Part shown: piece by piece, positions 55,921 to 64,000 of the stretch | Layout: each line of letters starts with the position of its first letter | How positions within the stretch are numbered: position 1 is the stretch's first letter | Source of the DNA: an uncultured delta proteobacterium | GTDB taxonomy: Bacteria; Desulfobacterota; Syntrophobacteria; Syntrophobacterales; Syntrophobacteraceae | DNA: 64,000 bases | Assembly: GCA_963808625.1 (NCBI GenBank) | Contig: CAWEHK010000017.1 | Span: 1 to 64,000 of the forward strand | Direction: 5' to 3' | The notes under the pieces: model-generated | What the model was told of the DNA's origin: nothing | Database searches by the model: none | The model's input: the letters and a program-made list of their open reading frames with translations, nothing else | Translations under genes and position numbers: made by a program

Positions 55921-56484
55921 CTACGTCGGTAGCGCGAACAGCTCTCGTGCCACGAGCTCCAGTCCGATTGCCTCGATCCGGAAAGTCTCATCTTCCTGGT
56001 ATAGTTCAGGCTTCTTATAGATCCCGGCCTCGAGAGTGTATTTCTCAACGTATTCCCGGTCCGGGTGAACTATGAAATACTCTTTGACACCGAAACGTTC
56101 GAACTGGTTCCGCTTCTGCTTGCGATCTTTGGTCTCCGTGCTGGGGGAGATCACTTCAAAGACCACATCCGGCGCCCCAAAAATGCCTGCCTCTTTGATT
56201 CTGGATCGCTCACAGACAATGAGGACGTCCGGTTGTACAACGTCCTTATCAGAGAGGATTACATCTATCGGCGCCATGAAAACCCGGCAAGGGTAACCTT
56301 TGCTTTCCATGTCCCTTTCCAGGACATAAGCTATCCTTAAGGTAACCGCCTGATGGACCGTAGTGGGAGCCGGGGTCATGTCGTAGATTTCCCCATCCAA
56401 GATCTCGCAGCGTAGGTCATCAGGAAACCCCCTGTAGTCCTCGTAAGTGTATGAAGTCTTTTCTTCTGCCAGGTTTGTTGCCAT
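55921..56484 (-). CDS. Uma2 family endonuclease
   Basis: EILDGEI, VVQPD, GAPDVVFEVISPST and GVKEYFIV motifs. Confidence 0.92.
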   Translation of the reverse strand: MATNLAEEKTSYTYEDYRGFPDDLRCEILDGEIYDMTPAPTTVHQAVTLRIAYVLERDMESKGYPCRVFMAPIDVILSDKDVVQPDVLIVCERSRIKEAGIFGAPDVVFEVISPSTETKDRKQKRNQFERFGVKEYFIVHPDREYVEKYTLEAGIYKKPELYQEDETFRIEAIGLELVARELFALPT

Positions 56485-56576
56485 CCCTCGTTTCCTCATG
56501 TGTATGGTTTCCTGCGCTTATCGCCGGACCCCTTTAAAAATGGTCTTTCAAGAAGTTGCGAATCTTCATTAGGCAA

Positions 56577-56810
56577 TCAGCTCTGGCGTTTGCTCGCGTG
56601 AAGGATGGTCAAGCCAACCACCTCATCTTCCTCGTACCGAATGATGACGTCATCATCGGTCAATTCGCTGTCGGTGGCGGTGCTCGGCTTCTTGAAGTTG
56701 ATGTAGAGTACATCTGCCTCAGCATCGTAGGAAGACCAGAGATATCGTTGTGGGGCTTGCCTGACCGCTGCGATCAGGGGCAAATAGTCTCTTACTGTAA
56801 CGGTGGCCAT
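56577..56810 (-). CDS. DUF2283 domain protein
   Basis: YDAEADVLYI...VVGLTILHAS. Confidence 0.85.
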   Translation of the reverse strand: MATVTVRDYLPLIAAVRQAPQRYLWSSYDAEADVLYINFKKPSTATDSELTDDDVIIRYEEDEVVGLTILHASKRQS

Positions 56811-56833
56811 GTCACTCTAACGGCCCAATCTGC

Positions 56834-57055
56834 TCAGGCTGCATACCGGATCACTTCGATCTCTGCGGCAACGTCCACTCTGTCGAGCATCTCTTCCACA
56901 CGGCTCATTACGGCATCCTCCAGCAAGTATTCGCTGCAGTTGTCACACTGGAGCACCGGCAGATCCTTAAAGATGACGATGGTTTTATCGCGCACCTTGA
57001 AAGGGAGATCCGTGGCCGACAACCTCATCATGGACCCGCATACGTGGCATTTCAT
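56834..57055 (-). CDS. YgiT-type / MqsA-like zinc finger protein
   Basis: MKCHVCG...LPVLQCDNCSE. Confidence 0.85.
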   Translation of the reverse strand: MKCHVCGSMMRLSATDLPFKVRDKTIVIFKDLPVLQCDNCSEYLLEDAVMSRVEEMLDRVDVAAEIEVIRYAA

Positions 57056-57057
57056 GA

Positions 57058-57396
57058 CTACCGCCTCCTCGTTTTCAGGTCCGCCTCCCACTCCTCGGGG
57101 TTTGGACGATAAACGGTGATAATTCTCATATTATCTCCTTCCACGTCGGTCGCGCACAGTACATGGAAGATTTCGCCTCGATACACTGAATACAAAAGAT
57201 AGCTTGGGAAGTATCTGTCCTCCGGATATTTTTCAATCATTTCAAAGCTGTTCCGTGAAGAGATGATCGCTTTCCGAGAGATGGACCTGCCCTTCAGACG
57301 CATATTAACATGGTAGGTCCAGAAGATCTTTCCTTGCTCCATGCAGCGACGGATAAATGTCAAAGGATCATCTGGAAACCTTCGCTCATCGTTCAT
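57058..57396 (-). CDS. DUF4258 domain protein (putative RNase toxin)
   Basis: WTYHVNMR, IEKYPED, HVLCA and IITVYRP motifs. Confidence 0.85.
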   Translation of the reverse strand: MNDERRFPDDPLTFIRRCMEQGKIFWTYHVNMRLKGRSISRKAIISSRNSFEMIEKYPEDRYFPSYLLYSVYRGEIFHVLCATDVEGDNMRIITVYRPNPEEWEADLKTRRR

Positions 57397-57443
57397 TCAT
57401 GCTATCCTGTGTTACTTCGGCAATCCAGCTCGGAACTTCAAAA

Positions 57444-60400
57444 TTACCGCTTGGCTCTTGCTCTTTTCGGTTTGTCCGTTTTCGGCTCTTCATAAAGCTC
57501 TTCCAGGTCGTGGGCGATGGCGATGGAGCGATCGGTCTTGCACTTCTCGCGAACCCGGTCCGGCCAGATGCTGTAGGCCAGGTGCGCCCAGTCGTATTCG
57601 CCGGCTTCGAGCTTCTCCCAGCACGCCTTCAAATCCTTCTGCCACTTGGGCAGGCGGAACAGTTTCCAGAGCGGGCTGGCGGTGATCAGCACGCCGTCGT
57701 TCAGGTTCGGCCGGTAGGGAAGTTGGGCGACCCGCAAGAGCTCGTCACGGAATTCCTTGAGTTCCTGCTGCAGCTTCTGGTGCCTTTCAAGCTGGTCCCG
57801 CTGTTTGGCGGTTCCGCCTTGAAGCACTTCTCCTCGCAGGCGCTCGATGTCCTGGTTCACTTCTCAAGCTTGGGCTTCACGAAGTCGTTCACGCACTGGA
57901 ACAGCGTCTGGTCGGTCAGGCGGTGGTAGTAGATCCAGAGCGTATAGATCCGGAGCGGTGGAGAGCGGCCAGTAGATGGGCGCTTTCCGCCGGCTCTTGG
58001 AGTAGCGCTTCAGGTGGTCGGCGAAAGAAGCCGGCGGGCTTGCGGAAATAGTCGCGCAGGCTACACCCCGAGGATTTCGCAGGCTTCCTGCTCGATGGCC
58101 TGGGCCCGTTCACCCCAGAGAAGTTCGAGCACTTCGCGCACTCGGCGGACGATGTCCTCAGGGTGCGTCTGCGTTGCGTCGCCGTCCGAGTCATCGAGCA
58201 AGATGCCGCTCCAGGTGATCCGCAGCGGGTATTCTTCATCGGGAATGGTTGGTCTTGAGACCGACCTTCCGGGGGCAGGGTAATTGCGTTTGGCCGCGCC
58301 CGGAGCCATTCTTCGCTGACGATCCGGCCGGGTTTGGCTGGAAGGCCGTCGGGGGCCGCGAGCATACCTGGGGGCAAACGGGAAGTGCATGGGAGAAGGA
58401 TCTGACAATTTGGGTGCGAGTAATGGATCTATAGCGATGCGGGCGTCCCCAACACCCGAAGACGATGCCTACTATTGTTGATATTTCGCTGTGTGCTGCA
58501 AACCACTTACATCCGAAGCCAAATCAACGTCACATACAGGGGATTCGACCTTAGGCTGTCTTATCCGAAAAGAATCAATCTCTGCTCGCTTTGGCTGGAA
58601 AACTTTGTATGTACAGATTGATTCCTCATGACAACACATCTCTGCTTCAAGGCATACTTCGCGTGATGAATCAACTAGACGATTGATGAATGATGCATTA
58701 TCCAAAATTCCAATTCCTGATCGAATAATTGAAAACAGCGATTGAGTCTCATCAAGACGCTGAGCATCTCGAAGCGTATCTATTGCCGACTCAACCAGTG
58801 CTCTACATTTCTCCATATTTGACAATGGATGGTATGGTAAGAGGTTGACGTAGCCAGAATACTTATGTTGTCCAGAATATATTTATTGAGGGAGAATCTG
58901 ACCAAAGGTGTATTGAGAAGGGCAAGTGCATCCAATGCTCTATTTTTTTCTCTAATCGGAATTGATTGGCCTTCGACTTGGTGAAAATATGATTGCGTGG
59001 TAGGACATGAGTCAAAAACTCACCTCTCTTCCCCAAAGCAAATACCCGGCAGCAACTATACCCGATTCGGATTACAGTGGCGCTGTCTTTCGGAAGAGAT
59101 TCAGGAGGGACATCAGCAAGGACGCAATCATGAAGTGTTGTGCAGTATGGTGCAAATCCCGACCCATTAAACATTCTCGCCACAAATCCCATAGACGTTG
59201 GGCTCGAAATTTCCCACCACAGGCGGAAGTGCTTATCGGCTTTCAGCGCATGGCCTTGGTTTGCTTTCAGTCCAGAACGTTCCAGGGACGGACATTCCAT
59301 AAAAGCAACTATCAAAAATTCGGGAAAGTCATATCCGACGACAGCGTTTGGAAGATGTTGAAAGGATGAACCTTTTTCACAGAAAGTTCTGTCTTTTTCC
59401 AGTCCACTGCAAAAAGCACAAATTGAATCCAGAATGTAGAGAACCTTGCTGTCAGCATCGACTTCCCTGGAATCGATAAAAACCCCTCTATTTGAAGGAG
59501 GTTGATGATTCAAAATGGAAGTTGTGACTTCGACATTAGCATCGAGCACTCCCCATCCAAGGTCTGCCATTGCGCTGAGGCGATTATCTAAATAATGCGG
59601 TCCTGCGAAAATCCTCATATGTGCTCTTAACGATTGCCGTTCTGTCGTAAATAGCACCAACCGCTCCCTTGGGGTGAGACATTTGGTAACCTATTTCAAG
59701 GAAGGAACAGAGTATATTTTTGTTCCATGTCGGATAGGTGCGGGCGAAATAATCTGATAAGTGAGAAGATACTTCACCAAACGGCGGATTCATCAGCACC
59801 ACATCGTACTTCTTCCGACAGAGATCGATGAACGCAAATCCCTGCGCTGCATCTTCCGCAAAGAGCTTGCGTTGGTAGCCTTTGCCGTTAGCTAGCCTTT
59901 TCGGCAAAATGCTTCAATGCTTCCAGCACCCAGCCTTCTAGCTTGATCCCAGAATTCTTCCTTTTTGATTTCCTGCAGGGCCATGCGGAGTTCGAGCTGC
60001 CTCGGCGGTTGTCGGTCAGGCCACATGTGCAGCTGACCGACGGTTGTCCGCGCCGGACATCTTCCCATTCCTTCCTAACTCTCTCGATGGCACTCGCGAA
60101 GCTCTTCCTCGATCTTAAGGAGTGATCCCGCTTCGCCGGCAAGCTGCATTTTGTCCCAGACTTCCCGGACCAATTCGCCCACAATCCGCTGCTCGCCCCG
60201 GAAGGAGCCGATGAATTCCTCCAGGAGGTCCTTCTCTCCCGGCATGGGTTCGGCGCAAACGACATTGGCCCGGGTGATGCGTGGGCGCTCCGCAGGTTTC
60301 AGTCCCAGCTTCTGGTAGGAGTCGCTGCACTCTCAGCCAAAGCGAGAGGCCGGCAATCTGGCAGGCGCGCGGGTCGATATCGATGCCGTGGATGTTGTGG

Positions 60401-61530
60401 CGCAGGATGAGCTCCGGAACTCGCTTCAGGAAATCTTCTTTGGTGCGGCAGACCTCGCGCAGATCCGGCATGAGCTCTGGATAGCGGTCCCAGGCTTCCT
60501 CATAGATGTGCTCATAGAGGTCAAAGGCATACAGGCCGAAGTGCATGGAGCCGCAGGCCGGGTCCAACATGCGGATCTCCCGCGGGTCTTTCAAAGGGCG
60601 ATGTGCGATGTAAACGGGTTCCTTGAGCAGTTCTTCCTGCGTCTTCTCCGCCGTCTCTTCTTTATCGGCTGGGGGAGCTTCTTCACCTTCTGCCAGAAAG
60701 ATCTCATTGGGCCGCCGGACCAGGTAGCGGCATTCCTCCTTGAGGCGCGTCTCGCCTTTGGTCATTTCATACCAGATGCGCCCCAGGGTGTTGTCGGTCA
60801 GGAATTCCACCACGTAGCGCGGGGTGAAAAACTGGTTGCGAACCGCCAGTTCCCGGCTGTTCCGGGGAGCCGCCGAAGCCTTGCGCATGGCTTCCCGCTC
60901 TTCCTTGGAGTTGAAATACTGGTAGATCCAGCCGATGGCCTCGTCTTCTTTCCAGACCTCTTGCAGTTCGGCATCGTCCAGGACCGTCAATACTTCCAAC
61001 AGCGCTGGCTCTCTCGGGAAGAGCAGGCCAAAGGGCGAGAAGTGATCGAAAAGCAGGCCAAGATCCAGGGATATTTCATCGAAGAGGCACTGCAGAAAAA
61101 TCCGGTAGCGCTCGTATGCGTCGCCCAGGCTGCTCCCGGCCGTGGTGCAGTAGACTTGAAAACCGCGGGATTGGAAGCCGTTTCGAATGCATTCCTGCAC
61201 AATGCCGCGCTCTTCGCACATGCGGAGCGCTGCCAGGCGATTCAAGACGGTGAACGCCTGCTCCCGGATAACGCGGTCGATGGCTTCCCGTGCGGCTTTC
61301 CTGTCTGTGGATTGCCCATCCGCCAGGTGGTCGATGCGTTCGCGCAAGAGCGAGGCAATGGTGTGATGCTCATCGTCGAGGTGGGTCAGCGAGGTGAGGC
61401 CGGCCATTTCGCCGGTCGGCTGTATCCCGTAGAGACTCTGCAGCTGCCCGGTGAATTCGTCGGTCAGGATGCGGCGGCAGGAGGCCACCATCTTTTGCAG
61501 CTTATTGCGAGTTGAAGAGTCAAATGGCAT
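57444..61530 (-). CDS. pglX: BREX adenine methyltransferase PglX (multiple frameshifts)
   Basis: GWIYQYFN, QFFTPRYVV, LDPACGSMHF and VLMNPPF motifs; C-terminal YSKSRRKAPIYW, LNDGV and YDWAHLA. Confidence 0.9.
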
Positions 61531-61599
61531 ATGGGATCTTCTCCGTTCTCTCTTGGATTCCTGATCATTGGACTCGCGCGAGTCATGGTCTGAGTGTCT

Positions 61600-61688
61600 C
61601 TTACCGCAGAGATCAGCAGATTGGACGCCTGATGATAAATCCCATATACATACATTCTCTGCGCATCTCAGCGTTCTCTGGCGGTGAG
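61600..61688. repeat. ACCGCAGAG...CTCTG(G)CGGT REP-like element between brxC and pglX
   Basis: Imperfect inverted repeat; a palindrome GACTCGCGCGAGTC lies at 61571-61584. Confidence 0.55.
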
Positions 61689-61760
61689 TTCATGTCTTTC
61701 CACTTCCTGCTGGTCGGTCTCGCGCGTAAACTCAATTACTCTTCTTACGGTATGGCCCGT

Positions 61761-64000
61761 TCAGGCGCCATTTTCCTCTGCTATTTTCCACTCGACTCTA
61801 ATTGTAGTTGATTTCCCCAGTTTCTTCTTGAGGTTTGACAACTCGCGAATGATGGCGTCAATCTCATCGGCAGTGGAAAACACCACAGGCAAAGCCGGGA
61901 AGGGGATCAAGAGCTCCGTAGGCGTCTCAACCCCCTCTTCGCCGCCGTTGGTTGTTATGCTCGTTTGGATTTCATTTTCAATAAGCTCCAATTGCTGCAT
62001 CAGGCTGTAATGATCGTTGATCACTTTCTGCATGCCGGCAAGATCGGCTGCCGCTTCAATCTTTAAGGCATCCAACCGGCCGGCGATGCGAAGACGGTCC
62101 TCCCCGCTCAACTGCCCCCATTCATCCGCCTGCTGGAGTCGTTCCTTTTCCTTCTCAAGCCATTCCTGCTCTTTTTGCAGGAGTTTTGATGCCAGCTGCT
62201 TGATTTTGCTGTCGAGCGCCGTCAGGTGGGTCTGAAACTCAGGGATGGCATCAAAAAAGTCTTTTCGTTCCACGAGTTCCTGCAGACTCAGGCGGGCCAT
62301 GTCGGTTTCATCGATCAACTGGCCGGGAATCCCGAAGGCGGGCAGCGACGGGATCGCAACGAGGTATCGGTTGACTTTCCGAATGATGGCTTCAATCCCG
62401 TTATCAAAGGCCTTCTTCACCTTGCTCGCCCAGATCAGGTTGTCATGGAGTGGGCAGGCCTCGCCTCCCAGCCTGTGGGTGGCATCCGAGGCATCCCCTT
62501 TCAGGATTTCGGTAATCCTGTCCTGAACACTCTGCGCGATATCGACGCCAGGGAGCTCCAGATTCTTGAGCTGAGCACAAAGGGGCGCAAAGTCCTGTTG
62601 AAAATCCGGGAAGTGCCTCATGACCCCCTTGCTGATATCTTCCTCCAGGGGCAGGACGTTTTCCCCGGTCAGCTCCAGCAGCCTTTCCGATGCCCGCAGC
62701 CGCATTTCGGGTGAAGGTTTGCCTTCGGACCGCAAGGCGACGCCGATCTTATTGAAGCTCGTGGTGTTGCTCAGGACCTGGACAGCGGTGTCGCCCCGGA
62801 CGGTGATATCCTGGCCGCTGACTCGCAGCTTGATCTCCCCGCCAACCAGAAGGGCGGCCACAAGATAGCGCGTGGTGTCCTTGGACCAGCCATAAGGCGA
62901 GGCATAGAAGTCGTCCAGAATTTTCTTGCCGTCCGTCTGGCCGTACTTGTCGAGATAGTCTTTGATCGAAACGAGCGCCTTGTGCCCGAGATCGATCCCT
63001 GTGGTCTTTCCGATCTTCTTCACCAGCTTCAGCGGGTCGTCTTTGGATGCGATCTTGTCCAGATGATCCGTCTTGAGAAAGCGTTCGGCGACAGCAGATT
63101 CCACCTGGACAGGGGCTTCGGAATATTTTTCAAATACGTCCTCGGCGACTTTTTTCAGGAATTTTTTGGCGGCTTCCTTGAGCTCGGAGTCCAGTTCGGA
63201 AACCGGTTTGGGTTGCCCGCGAAAGATGAATGAGCCTTTGGAGAGTCCCTTGACCAGAAGGGTTCCGAGCTCCGTAGTCTTGGTCTCGGATCGTTGAAGC
63301 TGACCGTTGAGGTAGTCTGCAACCTCTTTTTCGGCGGCCTTGTTGCGATACTGATTGTATATCGATCGGCATCTGAAGATTTCGATGAGGGTGTCATCCA
63401 CTTCGGGATCTTCTCGCCCGAGGAGATAGATTATCTTGCGATTGGCGCCCTGTTGGGATTCCAGGACGGCATTCCGGCGCCGCCCTTCATAAGTCGCATC
63501 CGAAATGAACTCAAGGTGCGTTTGGATCTCTTCTTTGTCACCCAGAAGGGAGACCGTCAATCCATTGCTCACGATTTTGATCCCGCAGTTGACGGTCCGG
63601 GTGCCCGCAAGCTGGGTGTTGGGCAGAGGCGTGAACATCTCCCGCAATTTGGCATTGAGGATGTTGCGAAGGTCAATCGCTCCGGGAATGATCTTGCGGC
63701 GCTCGTTTTCCAGGATAGTGACCGCCTCGCTCATGAACCGGAGGCTCCCGTCCACTTCGCTGAGAGGGATGGCCTGCTCCTTCAGGAGATCCTCCACGGC
63801 TTCTTTGACTTGAGGAAGCAGGGAAGCGCTCTCCACCGAAGGATGCATCAACGCAGCCAGGTTTTCCCGGCTGACCGGGAAATCTTCCAGCACTTGCAGA
63901 ACGGCAATCGATTTCGCAGCGTGAGCATGGAGAGAGTCTGCGCCAAAAATGGTCTGCACCTTTTCCACGCCCTCAACGATGTGGCGGAACGACCGCTGGA
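61761..64000 (-). CDS. brxC: BREX P-loop ATPase BrxC, C-terminal part (5' end outside the window)
   Basis: SRENLAALM, FYASPYGWS and a coiled-coil tail; lies immediately upstream of pglX. Confidence 0.82.
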   Translation of the reverse strand, partial: QRSFRHIVEGVEKVQTIFGADSLHAHAAKSIAVLQVLEDFPVSRENLAALMHPSVESASLLPQVKEAVEDLLKEQAIPLSEVDGSLRFMSEAVTILENERRKIIPGAIDLRNILNAKLREMFTPLPNTQLAGTRTVNCGIKIVSNGLTVSLLGDKEEIQTHLEFISDATYEGRRRNAVLESQQGANRKIIYLLGREDPEVDDTLIEIFRCRSIYNQYRNKAAEKEVADYLNGQLQRSETKTTELGTLLVKGLSKGSFIFRGQPKPVSELDSELKEAAKKFLKKVAEDVFEKYSEAPVQVESAVAERFLKTDHLDKIASKDDPLKLVKKIGKTTGIDLGHKALVSIKDYLDKYGQTDGKKILDDFYASPYGWSKDTTRYLVAALLVGGEIKLRVSGQDITVRGDTAVQVLSNTTSFNKIGVALRSEGKPSPEMRLRASERLLELTGENVLPLEEDISKGVMRHFPDFQQDFAPLCAQLKNLELPGVDIAQSVQDRITEILKGDASDATHRLGGEACPLHDNLIWASKVKKAFDNGIEAIIRKVNRYLVAIPSLPAFGIPGQLIDETDMARLSLQELVERKDFFDAIPEFQTHLTALDSKIKQLASKLLQKEQEWLEKEKERLQQADEWGQLSGEDRLRIAGRLDALKIEAAADLAGMQKVINDHYSLMQQLELIENEIQTSITTNGGEEGVETPTELLIPFPALPVVFSTADEIDAIIRELSNLKKKLGKSTTIRVEWKIAEENGA

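Overview
GC-rich bacterial DNA. The gene set and intergenic repeat families suggest a Desulfobacterota/Syntrophobacterales-like organism (inference). Many genes are split by single-base frameshifts, often at homopolymers and including recJ and glnE, so the assembly probably carries indel errors; split genes are reported as merged CDSs with approximate ends. Positions 1-38.1 kb are mostly housekeeping and metabolic genes: Fe-ADH, sfsA, a glutamate synthase-family protein, a Mo-oxidoreductase, recJ, trxB, a nitrilase, TRAP and MFS transporters, an arcE-like gene with arcC, an mltD-like gene and glnE. A small defence islet at 17.2-23.6 kb holds yefM-yoeB, a truncated DUF4062-NACHT gene and an m4C methyltransferase with an endonuclease, the last two bracketed by a duplicated MGMT-like gene. 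From about 38.2 kb to the window end lies a large defence island. It contains a decayed AbiE toxin-antitoxin pair split by an IS91-like element, an unnamed small-ORF + PIN-domain + P-loop ATPase operon, an integrase remnant, DUF4238, and an unnamed conserved-protein + double-HxK PLD nuclease pair. It ends in a BREX locus (brxC-pglX-[TA/Uma2 array]-pglZ-brxL) whose BrxL carries a PLD-like domain in place of the Lon protease domain. The best candidates for undescribed systems are the PIN+ATPase operon and the PLD pair. No tRNA, rRNA or CRISPR array was recognised. Family names are from recalled motifs, not database searches.
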